In this document: piece after piece, positions 50,269 through 63,044 of the stretch
How the letters are laid out: each line of letters starts with the position of its first letter
Position numbering within the stretch: position 1 is the stretch's first letter
From: Squalus acanthias
Lineage: Eukaryota
DNA: 64,000 nucleotides
Assembly (NCBI GenBank): GCA_030390025.1
Contig: CM059431.1
Span: 129,520,001-129,584,000 of the forward strand
Direction of reading: 5' to 3'
Program-made: the position numbers and the translations under genes
Notes under the pieces: model-generated
Told to the model about the DNA's origin: nothing
Database searches by the model: none
What the model saw: the letters and a program-made list of their open reading frames with translations, nothing else

Positions 50269-51875
50269 TGTAGAATTCGCAAATTATCGCGATTTCGAAA
50301 TAACGAGATAGAGACATACAGTTTCGTAAAAACAGCTTTATTTCAGCAAAATGCTGTCAGGTTCAAAAACGGACACAAGAAGCCTGTAAAATGGCCACCG
50401 CGCCTCGTGGCAGAAGGTTCCAGATTTTTCAGTAGGCAGACAAGATGGCGTTTCAATAAACATTTCAGCAAGATCGGACAGTGCTCAGCATATTGATATA
50501 AGACAAGACGCGATCGTTTTGCATTTCTAACACCTGAGCAAGAAATATAAGTGTTGGAATCGGTTTTCCATACACAAACGGGGGCTATTGTACTGGGCAA
50601 TCAAGGGCCCATCCAAAGACATTGATACGCAAATTCCCCGCGGCTCTACGATGAGAGAGCCGTTCGCGGGTACTCACAACAAGAATTCGGAGGCCCCCAA
50701 AACACCTCCAGGGAGACTCCTAGCCGGTTCCACAATGGGAGAAATATTAACGGGTACTTAGACAGTTACAAGTATCACCGAAACCCATTAACGACAAGAA
50801 CCACCCCATACAAGAAGTTTGAGCGCCAAAACATGACAAAAGATGAACATTAAGTTTGGGCGGGAGATAATGAATTACAGTACTATAACTGTAGTGTCCA
50901 AGCGCCCATCGCTCTCTTATCCTTTTCATTTGCTTGGAATCGTCTCTTGGCTATTCTCCCGGACGACCGTTACTCTCTCTTGTTCCGCTGATCCCTTTTG
51001 GGGTCGACCTTGTGGCGTGCTGCGAAATCGGGTGCACCATCCCGAAGGTCGGTAAATGGTGTCTGGACCCGAAGGCCCGAGGAGATGAGATGAGATGAGA
51101 AGAAGAAGAATCCACGTGCCGCCGCGGTCAGTAAACCCCGACCGCGCCCGAAAATATATAGACCATTTTTGAACTCTATAGGTTACTGCACGAACTGACA
51201 CAGGAAGACTTTTCTTCGAATTCTATCGAACTGGTGTCGATCCAGAAAGACTTTTCTTTGAGTTCTACAGCCGGGCCCGAGCACTGTCGAGTTCTTCATG
51301 ACAACGGGGAGCCCAGCCTGCTTGCAACAGCAGAGCGAGTAAACAAGTGGGGTACAGAGACCCCTGATCAACACGTGAATAGTCAGGTGCTGTGGCGAAA
51401 ACATCCGACCATCGTTTTAGAATTCTCTGAGTTATCACGAGTGGTGAGCATGGTTCTAGATCCTACAGATCTAGATTAGGACAGGTATTAATAGGGGAGG
51501 GTTTTGTTTTAAGGATAATTATAATGTGTGTCCCCTTTTACGATGTGTCGTGCGCTCCTCGTTTCCCTAAACCTAGTTGCATAAATGTATGTAAGCTTGT
51601 ACTGTCATTAATCTGTGCTTATGACATGTATTTCGTAATCTTGAACAATATGCAATAAAGATTTTCCATTTCGTACTATTCAACCGGGTCTACCTGAGTT
51701 TTCTCTGCATTACTGCTCTCGCACCTAAGTCCAGTGTCAGAACCGTAAGGGCGAGTGGGTCGAACCACTCACAGGTGTCTAGTGCTACCAGGCTGGCTGG
51801 AGACCAGAACAGGCAACAAGGCCTAACCCCGCACTAGCACCCAGGCTAAGCACAGAGCCACCCGAACCCCTTTCA
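50269..51875 (+). mobile_element. Solo-LTR-like insertion of 1607 bp, probably ERV or Gypsy derived
   Basis: TGTAGAA...CCCTTTCA ends, perfect TSD GCCT, AATAAA at 51654-59; removing it restores the CR1 RT frame ALEAVQRR. Confidence 0.85.
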
Positions 51876-54402
51876 GCCTCGAGAGCAAGTATGTCTTTTC
51901 TTAAGTATGGACACCAAAACTGTATGCAGTATTCCAGGTGCGGTCTCACCAATACCTTATATAACTGCAGCAATACCTCCCTGTTTTTATAATCTATCCC
52001 CCTAGCAATAAAAGCCAACATTCCGTTGGCCTTCTTGATCACCTGCTGCACCTGCATACTATCTTTTTGATTTTCTTGCACTAGGACCCCCAGATCCCTT
52101 TGTACTGCAGTACTTTCCAGTTTCTCGCCATTAAGATAATAACTTGCTCTCTGATTTTTCCTGCCAAAGTGCATAACCTCACATTTTCCAATATTGTATT
52201 GCATCTGCCAAATCTCCGCCCACTCACCCAGCCTGTCTATATCCCCTTGTAGGTTTTTTATGTCCTCCTCACTTTCTACTTTCCCTCCCATCTTTGTATC
52301 ATCTGCAAACTTTGATATGTTACACTCGGTCCCCTCCTCCAAATCGTTAATATAGATTGTAAAGAGTTGGGGACCCAGCACCGACCCCTGCGGAACACCA
52401 CTGGCTATTGGTTGCCAGTCCGAGAATGAACCATTTATCCCAACTCTCTGCTTCCTGTTAGATAACCAATCCTCCACCCATGCCAGAATATTACCCCCAA
52501 TCCAGTGATTTTTTATCTTGAGCAATAATCTTTTATTTGGCACCTTGTCGAATGCCTTCTGGAAGTCTAAATACACTACGTCCACTGGTTCCCCTTTATC
52601 CACCCTGTACGTATGTCCTCAAAGAACTCAAGCAAATTTGTCAGACATGACTTCCCCTTCATAAAGCCATGCTGACTTTGTCCTATTAAATTATGTTTAT
52701 CTAAATGTTCCGTTACTGTCTCCTTAATAATAGACTCCAAAGTTTTATCCACCACAGATGTTAGGCTAACTGGTCTATAATTTCCAGCCTTCTGCCTACT
52801 ACCCTTTTTAAATAAGGGTGTTACATTAGCAGTTTTCCAATCTGCCGGGACCTTTGCTGAGTCCAGGAAATTTTGGAAAATTATTACCAAAGCATCCACA
52901 ATCCCTACTGCCACTTCCCTCAAGACCCTAGGATGTAAGCCATCAGGTCCAGGAGATTTATCCGCCTTGAGTCCCATTATTTTACTCGGTACCAATTCCT
53001 TAGTGATTTTAATCGTATTTAGCTCCTCCCCCCCTAGAGCCCCCTGTTTGTCCAGTGTTGGAATATTCTTAGTGTCCTCTACCGTAAAGACTGAAACAAA
53101 ATATTTGTTCAGCATTTTTGCCATCTCCATGTTTCTCACCATTAATTTCCCGGTCTCATCCTGTAAGGGACCTACGTTTGCCTTAGCCACCCTTTTTCTT
53201 TTTATATAACTATAGAAACTCTTGCTATCTATTTTATATTTTTTGCTAATTTATTTTCATAATCTATCTTCCCTTTCGTAATCAATCCTTTAGTTACCTT
53301 TTGCTGTCTTTTGAAGACTTCCCAATCTTCTATCCTCCCATTAAGTTTGGCTACCTTATATGTCCTTGTTTTTAGTCAGATACTATCCTTAATTTCTTTA
53401 CTTAGCCACGGATGGCTGTCATTTCTTTTACACCCTTTTTTCCTCAGTATTTCTTTTGAAAGTTGTAAAATAACTCCTTAAATGAACACCACTGCTCATG
53501 TACTGTCTTACCCTTTAATCTATTTTCCCAGTCCACTTTAATCAATTCCGCTCTCATACCATCATAGTCTCCTTTATTCAAGCTCAGTATGCTTGTTTGA
53601 GAACCAACCTTCTCACCCTCTAATTGGATATGGAATTCAACCATGTTATGGTCACTCATTCCAAGGGGATCCTTAACTAGGACATTATTAATTAATCCTG
53701 ACTCATTACACAGGACCAGGTCCAAGGTTGCTTGCCCCCTTGTAGGATCAGTTAATACTGCTCAAGAAATCCATCCCTAATACATTCAATAAACTCTTCC
53801 TCAAGGCTGCCCTGCCCAATTTGATTTGTCCAATTAATATGATAGTTAAAATCCCCCATAATTATAGCTGTTCGCTTATTACATGCCCCAACTATTTCCT
53901 GATTAATACTTCTTCCAGCAGAGTTGCAACTATTAGGAGGCCTATATACTACTCCCACTAGTGTTTTTTTCCCCTTATTATTCCTTATCTCCACCCAAAC
54001 TGTTTCATTATCCTGATCCTTTGACCCAATATCATTTCTCTGTATTACAGTGATTCCTTCCTTTATTAACATAGCCACCCCACCTCCCCTTCCTTCCTGC
54101 CTGTCCTTCCTGATTGTTAAATACCCTGGCATATTTAGTTCCCAGTCGTTGTCACCCTGCAGCCATGTTTCTGTAATGGCCACAAGATCATACCCATACG
54201 TAGTTATTTGTGCCGTTAACTCGTCCATTTTGTTACGAATGCTACGTGCATTCAGATAAAGAACTTTCAAATATGTTTTCTGACACTTTGTTCCTGTTTT
54301 TTCCTTTTTTAACACTTTACCTTTTACTCCATACCTTCTGTCCCTTCCTGACACGCTTTCCTCTGTCTCCCTACTCAGGTGCCCAACCCCCTGCCACTTC
54401 AA
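51876..54402 (-). pseudogene. CR1 ORF2 (APE-RT) with frameshifts and deletion; continues at 50268-49859
   Basis: YLNARS, ITETW, GDFN, SDHN, KSPGPDG, QHGF, DFQKAFD, FADD spread over several frames. Confidence 0.9.
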
Positions 54403-55349
54403 TTTAAACCCTCCCCAACAGCACTAGCAAACACTCCCCCTAGGACAGCGGTCCCGGCCCTGCCCAGGTGCAGACCGTCCGGTTTGTACTGGTCCCACCT
54501 CCCCCAGAACTGGTTCCAATGTCCCAGGAATTTGAATCCCTCCCCCTTGCACCATTCCTCTAGCCACGTATTCATTTGAAATATCCTCCTATTTCTACTC
54601 TGACTAGCACGTGGCACTGGTAGCAATCCTGAGATTACTACCTTTGAGGTCCTATTTTTTAATTTACCTCCTAACTCCCTATATTCTGCTTTTAGGACCT
54701 CATCCCCTTTTTTACCTATATCGTTGGTGCCTATGTGCACCACGACAGCTGGCTGTTCGCCCTCCCCCTCCAAAATGTTCTGTAGCCGCTCCGAGACGTC
54801 CTTGACCCTTGCACCAGGGAGGCAACACACCATCCTGGAGTCTCGGTTGCGGCCGCAGAAACGCCTATCTATTCCCCTTACAATTGAGTCCCCTATCACT
54901 ATAGCTCTTCCACTCTTTTTCCTCCCAGCCTGTGCAGCAGAGCCATCCATGGTGCCAGGAAGTTGGCTGCTGCTGCCTTCCCCTGATAAGTCATCCTCCC
55001 CAACAGTATTCAAAGTGGTATATCTGTTTGAGAGGGGAATGTCCACAGGGGACCCCTGCACTACCTGCCTGCACCTCTTGCTCTGCCTGGTGGTCACCCA
55101 TTTACTTCCTGCCTGTACACCCTTTGCCTGCGGTGTGACCAACTCGCTAAACGTGCTATTCACGAGGTTCTCAGCATCGCAAATGCTCCAATACGCATCC
55201 AATCGCAGCTCCAGCGCCGTAATGCGGTCTGCCAGTAGCTGTAGCTGGATACACTTCCCGCACACATGGTTGTCAAGGACACCGGAAGGGTCCCTGATTT
55301 CCCACATAGCACAGGAGGAGCATACCACGGGGCCGAGCTCTCCTGCCAT
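54399..55349 (-). CDS. CR1 ORF1 protein, intact 316 aa (zinc finger/leucine zipper and SGNH esterase)
   Basis: Uninterrupted ATG-to-stop ORF with CSSC...CGKC, GDSIVRG, HIGTND, DGLHL. Confidence 0.88.
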   Translation of the reverse strand: MAGELGPVVCSSCAMWEIRDPSGVLDNHVCGKCIQLQLLADRITALELRLDAYWSICDAENLVNSTFSELVTPQAKGVQAGSKWVTTRQSKRCRQVVQGSPVDIPLSNRYTTLNTVGEDDLSGEGSSSQLPGTMDGSAAQAGRKKSGRAIVIGDSIVRGIDRRFCGRNRDSRMVCCLPGARVKDVSERLQNILEGEGEQPAVVVHIGTNDIGKKGDEVLKAEYRELGGKLKNRTSKVVISGLLPVPRASQSRNRRIFQMNTWLEEWCKGEGFKFLGHWNQFWGRWDQYKPDGLHLGRAGTAVLGGVFASAVGEGLN

Positions 55350-56419
55350 GACTTACCCTTTAATGAATTCAAATTAAATTAAAACAAATCAATCCCACCA
55401 ATTGCACTACAGTTAAATGATATACTTAAGGGCCCTGGTTTACCAACAGTCCCCGCTACACCACAGAGAGCTTAGAAACTATAAGCCACAGAGTTTAAGT
55501 TTAAAAAGAGAGAAATACTCACCAACCAATCACTTACCTGCTTTCTGGTGACGTCACACTTCGATTACTTTTTACTTCTCTCCCTCCGAGCTCAGAGATT
55601 GGGAAGCCTACCTGGTCTCTGCCGCCTCTTAAACCTAGCCGCCGCCGCCTGGTTCCCCGCAGGTCCGCCGCCGCTCTGAGGCCTACCTGGTCTCTGCCGC
55701 CTCTTAAACCTCGCCGCCGCCGCCGCCTGGTTCCCCGCCGGTCCGCCGCCGCTCCATTAGGATGGTAAGTTCTGCACTATTATTTTAAACTTGCTACTAC
55801 TGCTTTGCCGCCCAGTGGAGGGGATGAAATTAGAGTAGCTGTAGTGATTTGCTGTAAGCACAGTGAACAATTTATATAAAACTTTTTTGGATGTCGATGG
55901 ACAGGTGACATGCTTTTGAGGAGCACAGATGATGATAACTCCATAACTGGAAAAAGCAAATATTATATCCTATGTCCCACGGACTAAAGATTTACAAAAT
56001 CAATAATGATGAAATTGAGTGTTTGCCAAAATACAGTGCAACCACGCTTCATCTTTCAGATGAGACAGTGAATCAATAAAAATGTTTACCTTCAAAGCTA
56101 AAGTAAAGCTATTTAATTATGTGGTGTTCTCGGAAACTGGAACTATTAGTTCCAAACAGTATTGTAAAGTATCATTGCAGTTTGAAAGTCTTATTAAACA
56201 AATAGTAACATCATAGCTGCTCTGAAAAAGAAGCTTCAGGGTTTCATTAAAATTTCTATAAAAGTTTACACAAAAATGTAAAAAATGCCATTACATGTTA
56301 AAGCTGTTGCAGTCATTTTATAATGAAGTTCTTGGAGAAATTCAGTACAGATACTTTATCAGGAGCTATATGCTATAATTAACATTGGTAGCAATAGAAT
56401 AGTGAATACTGTCATTCTA

Positions 56420-56700
56420 TCGCCATACCCATCGCTGCCCACATCATTCCTCTGTGCCTTTACCACCTTGAGGCTCAATTTCTCCAATGCACTCCTAACT
56501 GGCCTTCTCACTTCTACCCTCAACAAACTGCAGCTCATTCAGAATGCTGCTGCCTCTGTGCTTACTCATATGAAAGCCTCAAAGTTCCATCACCCTGGTC
56601 CTCACCAGGATCCATTGGCCTCATATTGCCTTCCAAATAAACTTCAAGATCCTTGTCCCCACACCTTCAAATATATCCACAGCCTTATTCCCCTCTACTT
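56420..56700 (+). mobile_element. Old L2 fragment
   Basis: AFTTLRLNFSNALL...LNKLQLIQNAAA. Confidence 0.65.
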
Positions 56701-56702
56701 CA

Positions 56703-57930
56703 GGGTCAGCTTGGCTCAGTGATAGCACTCTCATCCCTGAGTCAGAAGTTCATGAGCTTAAACCCCACTTCAGGATTTAAGTACATAATCTAGGATGGCA
56801 CTTCAGTGTAGTACTGAGGGAGTACTACATTGTCAGAGATGCTGTCCATGATTTTGTCATTGGTGTCGTGTTGGGTGCGGGACAGCTGGTTTCTGGCTTC
56901 CGGTCCCACCCTCAGCTGCATCCGCTCCACAGACGTGATTTTACGTTGATTGACCTTGTTAAGCCAGCCCTGCAGGCTTGCCAGCCAATTAACAGGAAGC
57001 TGGTCTGATGACATCATTTGATGACGCGTCATCTGTCGGTTTCTTTAAAGATACCACGCACACTTTAATTTTGACAGTTGATTTCTCAGTGTTTGACAGC
57101 ATTGAGGTGAATTCTTGCACCCAGGCTCTCCAATGACTTCCTCCATAGGATGGAATAGAGGCTGGCAGCTGCAGGTGAGGTGACAGAAGCGATCTGTCAC
57201 TGGTGAGAGAGGTTCCCCCAATGAGGTGGCACTGGACATATAGTTGGATTTAAAAACTTGTAAGCTAAAGAAATCTGTAAATGTTTTAAAAATGCAGTAC
57301 CCGACATTTTCTTTGCTCTGAAACTCACCATGTGCAACATTGGATCCTTCACACCACTTCTGCAGCTGTCATCATTCCACAAACATTACAGCAGACTCAC
57401 AACACGCCACATTTACCTGGCGTGGTGGCCGGACATCGGGAAACCCGACCCAGAAGTGGGAAAATCCAAAAACAGGCTGAAAACTACTGGCAAATACCTG
57501 TTAATAGGCAGGTAATTGCCTTTAATCCACTTCCCGCCGCTAGGTGTCGGGTCCATTCGCAAATCGGGAACCTGACACTTGGGAAAGCTGTTTGGAGGCG
57601 GGTTGACGGCGGGATCGGAACCCGCCATCAATCAAAACGAATTTAACCTCTGACCCGCCTCCAAATCCGCCCTCTGAGCGCGGCAAAATCGCGGCTGCTG
57701 TCTTTTACATAAGATGTTGAACTAAGGCCCTGTCTGCCTGTTCAAGTGGATGTAAAAGACACCATGGCACTATTCAAACAAGAGGAGGGTGCTTTTCTTG
57801 GCATCCGAGCCAATATATATCCCTCAACCAAAACTGCCACAACAGATTAGCTGGTCACTTATCTTATTGCTGTTTGTGGGACAAACAGATCGCCATGTTT
57901 GCCTACATGACAACAGTGACTACACTTTAA
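56703..57930 (+). mobile_element. SacSINE1/Deu-like SINE split by a Harbinger-like MITE (~56845-57694)
   Basis: tRNA-like head TGGCTCAGTGATAGCACTCTC...TGAGTCAGAAG at 56712; the body resumes at ~57697 and matches the 58.5-59 kb copy. Confidence 0.65.
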
Positions 57931-57953
57931 CCAAATATTCCCATTCATGCCCT

Positions 57954-58540
57954 TCAATCCTCTGACTCATCGTCCTCCATCCTCTTTGCTTTACCACTAG
58001 CAATCATGTTCTTTCTCAAAATCCAAGAAGCACGATTGCTGTCTTGGAAGTAGGCATTGACTTGTATTATCTTGTGCTGATCGTCACTGACCACCAGCAC
58101 ATTGATGGATTGAAACCCTTTGCAATTTATGCATGTCATGGCATTTTGTATAAGGCCCATATAGCCGCATATTGCCATTAATAACACCTTGGACTTTGGC
58201 AAATCTTGCAGTGTGGAAAAATTGCATTGCCATCTCATCCTGCAGCTGGATTTCCATGAAAAGCTGATGAAGGTAATCACCCTGGTAAACAACGTGTCAG
58301 GCATCTGCTTGATCCATCTGTGCATTGGAGATTGGCTGGTACCACTGGTTTCTCCTGGAGTAGCTTGGAAGGAGCAGAAAGCGTAATAGTGCTGTGGTGA
58401 CTATCACTGCCACTGGCAATGACTTTCTATGTTCAACATTGTTTTAAGCTCAAATTCCAGGAGAACCCACAAGCCAGTTATTGCCTTCTTGATGAAGTGA
58501 CGCCTGCAAAGACGCTTACCCTTGGAAATGCCCAAATAGA
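57954..58540 (-). pseudogene. Old Harbinger transposase remnant
   Basis: INCKGFQSINVLVVSD...IIQVNAYF; acidic end. Confidence 0.55.
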
Positions 58541-58544
58541 TGTG

Positions 58545-58961
58545 AAAGAAAGAAAGGCTTGCATTTATATAGCGCCTTTCACGACCACTGGACGTCTCAA
58601 GTGCTTTACAGCCAATGAAGTACTTTTGAAGTGGAGTCACTGTTGTAATGTAGAAAGTGTGGCAGCCAATTTGTACACAGCAAGGTCCCACAAACAGCAA
58701 TGTGATAATGACCAGATAATCTGTTTTTGTTATGTTGGTTGAGGGACACCGGGGATAGCTCCCCTTCTCTTCTTCGAAATAGTGCCATGTGATCTTTTAT
58801 GTCCACCTGACAGAGCAGTCGTAAAAGATCCAAAAGACAGCACCTCCAACAGTGCAGCACTCCCTCAGCACTGCACTGGAGTGTCAGCCTAGTTCATGTG
58901 CTCAAGTCCCTGGCTTCTGACTCAGAGGCAAGTGTGCTACCAACTGAGCCACAGCTGACAC
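58545..58961 (-). mobile_element. SacSINE1/Deu-like tRNA SINE
   Basis: Head TGGCTCAGTTGGTAGCAC, core TAAAAGATCACATGGCACTATT...TTGCTGTTTGTGGGA, tail AAGGCGCTATATAAATGCAAG. Confidence 0.75.
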
Positions 58962-60458
58962 CTGGTTCTGTCTACATGGCTCCATGGATAAGGGCAGTCT
59001 ACCACTGCTACAAGCAAATCTGTTGCACACCCCCTATTTCATCCTCTTCAGAACAATATCCACAACAATTCCTAGATTACAATTTAACTTATAGCTAGTG
59101 AAAAATACAGCTTTGAGTACTCAGTTGCTGGAAGGCCAGAACATCAATGGCTTTTATCGCACATTTCATATGGACAAGTTGATCACAGTACATTACCAGT
59201 GACTAGATTATGAAATCCCATGGATCTTATTTGCATTATGTTATGCAATTCAGTATTAAAATACAAACGCTAGCTGGAAATAATTATGCAGTTCAAGCAG
59301 GGATCTGGTGAGATGGATCTCCACCTGATTACAAGAAGCGAGAACGAGATTAACAAATCAAAATCAAGACTGTTTAAGTTCTTACACCATCACTACTGGT
59401 TTGCATTTGCTTTTATCCTAACTACAAATGGTTATAATGATACTTCAGCATTTTGTGCTCTTGCCAATTTTTGTATCTGCTATTCCAGCACAAAACAGTG
59501 TTCAATATAACCACAGCATAGTTGAAGTGAAGGTAAATTAGTAAAGTGCACAATCATTAATTTATCTGAGATGAAACATTGTTTTATCAGTCTAACCTCT
59601 GATATGGTTCCTTTATCTGTGGTCAAATCATATTATGAACCATAAAGAGATGACTAACTCTGTATATGATTTTTTTGTGCAATAATTTACAGAAGGACAG
59701 TTTTTAATCTTTTCTCAATGAAACAGTCAATAAAACTGAAACTATTAGAAGCTGGACCTATTATTTACATTGAAGCTACACTGACAGGAGGGGGCAATTT
59801 CCTTTATTCAATGCATTGCCCCAGCCAGTAAGGTCTATCACTGAAATAATATGAATAATAAACATGGGGGGAATTGGATTTCAACATCAAAGTTACTAGT
59901 ACTCGGATGTGCTCCATGAAGTTCTAGATCTGAAATGAAGTATCATCCGTCTATTTTTGTTTTCTAGTGAATCCCGTGAAATGCTGTATGAATATCACAA
60001 TATCTATGACAATTGTAATGGCCTCCAGACATTTCTCTGCAACTAGCCTTCAGCACAATAAATGTGCACAGCTGTTATTCTTTGCCATATTTTTATTGCA
60101 AGATTTTCTACAATCTGGCCAGTAGACTACCATAAAACTGAAATTCAGAAAGCCTAATTCTTGTTTGTATTAAAATGATTTATTAAAGCATAATACAGTA
60201 CATTTATTTAGATGACTGATTTGTGATGCACTAGAATAAGAGCATTGTTAGTAATTATAGTTACATTAAAGAACAGCCTGCAATGAGCAGCACTGTCAGG
60301 AATGGCGTACATTATGGTAGAAGCAATAATTTCCTGTTATTATTTGTCATGTAACGCCAGAATAGATAATGCAAAAGTGAATTTAATTTTTTTAAAGGCT
60401 ATAGGTTTAACCTTTTATACTCCAAAGTATATCTCAAAGTAAGAGAGACATGTGAGGG

Positions 60459-60632
60459 GAGTGAATTTCCACAGGAGTTATCTTGCTCGTCTGTCGTAAC
60501 TTCATCAGAAAAGCCATAGAAACCTTTCAAAATAGTGTGAATGGCATTTACGCCATTTTCCCAGGGTTTCCACGGCTCTTCAGCTGAAGTTCTTGTGGAT
60601 TAGCAGGAAAATCCTTGTGGAAATTGAACTCC
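60459..60632. mobile_element. Short palindromic MITE
   Basis: GGAGTGAATTTCCACAGGA / TCCTTGTGGAAATTGAACTCC imperfect TIRs; a related start occurs near 34146. Confidence 0.55.
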
Positions 60633-63044
60633 ATATACCCCTGGCAGGGGGAAGAGGGGATGTAAAATTTTGCCCGGCCGTTTCAAATTTAAGTGAAAAA
60701 CAGGTATAAAGAAAATTACATTTATATGAAACAGTAAATTATGTCTTATAATCATACTAACCTTTTTGCTAAAATTATCAATATGAGGAATCCCAAAACT
60801 CTTTACCCCTCTCCCAAAGTATCCTTGCCTGCTGGTTCATTTTACTCACCTTTAACTGGGTCTAAAACCAAGAGACCCACACAAACCTGGCTGATATCAT
60901 GTGCAGGCAATGCAAGTTGTTATTGTTGTTGTTGCTGCTGCTGCTGAGGGACCTGCCAGATTTATAGAAATATAACAGGTATATATTTTATTAAAATGTT
61001 TAGTCACACAAGTCTTTGATGCAAAAGGTAGGAGCTGTGAAACTGTTGCATACCAGGTACAACAATCTACCTTTGCTATTACTGGGCATAATTATCCAGT
61101 AATGCTACATAATGGAAGGCTTCTATTAAATGTAGAAAAACTAAGATGGTTGCAGAGTGGTTGCAAGTTTAGTTGGAAGGAGGTAATAACTGTCCTTGTA
61201 GAAATTAAAATAAATGCTGTTTGATATTTATTTGCAACGTAAGACATTTTTTTTACATATTTACAAATATATATGTATAAAACTGACACAAGAATTCCAA
61301 AACTTAGAGGACTGCATTGACAATTAGATACCTTTATTTGTTCTAATTATTTAGATTATTGAATATTATATGTCATTCATGAATAGAACTTTACAATTAG
61401 AGTGTCATAGAAACCCTGTGTTGGGCACTAAAATAGTCCTTCTATTCTTTAAAGAATTGTTTGCAGTGACTGCCCTTGAAATACCATTTGCTCTGTGCAA
61501 AGTCCACTGCATTTTCTTGGCAAAGAGTGCCATCTAATGTCCATTTATAATATCAGTACTGAAGATTGATTTATATATGACAAGTTATCCTTCCTCAACT
61601 GAAAGGACACACAGAGGACCTGCTGCAAGGCCTCTGAAACCAGACACTAGGAAGTGCAAATGATGATATGATTTTCTCTTCCCCTGGCCTGTGCTATGTG
61701 TAGTTGGCACAGCTAAGTTAAGGTAACCCAATACACGGAGAAGCATAGGCAATACCTACAACCATGAGAGAAGGCTTTTTAAAAATTCAGTGGTATTAGA
61801 ATTTAAATAATTTGTGAATTGTCCTTATTTCTAGCATATTTTTAAATTAAAAAAATCAAGTGGTTCTCGTCAACTCATCCCTTATTACTCTATTAGTAAT
61901 ATTCGGGCCAGGGGTGAAGGTCCCCAGGGTACCTGTTGTTTCTCTCTTTTTGGGTGCTGGCGAGTCTGCTGTGTATCTCTGGCATTTCCTGCTTTCAATA
62001 TTTTTTGTTTGTTTTTCTGTGCCTCTGACCCATAGTTACTTAGACTATTTTCATGCCCTTTTGCTCTTTTAATGGCTTGTTATTGCCTCACAGATGAGCT
62101 CTGTATATCATCCTCTTTACAGCTTTTCAAAAAACCCAAACACATTAAAAAAAAACTGTAGCTACTTAAAATCTTAAATAAACTCAAAAAATGCTGCCAA
62201 CACTCATCAGGGCAGTCAGCACCTGTGGACAGAACAGATATGTTTCCAGCAAACAAAAAACTGCTGGACATTTGACCCAATAACACCTCTCTGTGACAAG
62301 AGTCTGCATTCCTAATACTTATTTCCAACGTCCACCACCTACCCCCCCCCCCCACTCCCCCCCCCACCCCGCACCCCCACAGAGTTTGCTCAGCTCTATT
62401 TAGATTCTCCTTTATGTTTGAGTTTCCAGTCATGAGGAAAGGACTACATCTTAAATGTTAGCATCTGTAAAGAAAAAACATAGGTAATGGGCCAACATTT
62501 TTAGTTTTTATTCCATGTTACTCTACTCCAGGAGTGCCCAGACTGTTTAGGGTCAATTTTAACCAAACCTAGCCGCCTGTTTTACACCCCGCCCAAATTT
62601 GCTCTCCATTGACTTCAATGGAATGTAAAATAGGACGAGGTGTATAACGGACATCCAACGCAAACCCGTTCGGTTCCTGCGCAGTAGGTTAGATTAAAAT
62701 CAGGGCTTTTGTCTTCATGGGGTGCTTAGGTGCAAACCACGGACCCTCACAAGCCACAAACAGGGGGTGAATTTCACAGGGGTTCTCTTGTTTGTTGCCC
62801 ACCCATCTGTAGGGCAGCTGGCATTGAGCAGGACAAGAGGATAATGACAGGGAGGTCAGAGGGAGTGGGTTGGGGCAGAATGACAGGGGAGATCAGACTG
62901 GAGGAAGAAACTGAGTCTGGCAGTAGCATATTGCAAGGTGACACAATCAATTCTCTACCAGACCCCAGGACTGCCCTCTCAGTACTGCCAGATCCCGGGA
63001 CCGCTGTGCAGAGCTGCAAAACTCCAGGACCTTTGCAAGTTCTT

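Larger units (their letters stand above)
49671..55755 (-). mobile_element. Near full-length CR1 LINE interrupted by a solo-LTR-like insertion
   Basis: GC-rich 5' end, intact ORF1, broken ORF2, 3' tail; ATTAG on both sides (49666-70, 55756-60) as a possible TSD. Confidence 0.93.

Noticed and set aside
50269..51875. Retrozyme or coding viral insert
   Set aside because: No hammerhead core found by eye on either strand, and ORFs are under about 92 aa with no recognisable motif.
54724..55377. 217-aa ORF antisense to CR1 ORF1 and similar antisense ORFs over ORF2
   Set aside because: Shadow frames of the LINE coding sequence.
62190..62470. Second hammerhead in an old Penelope-like remnant
   Set aside because: The CUGANGA and GAAA cores are not intact.
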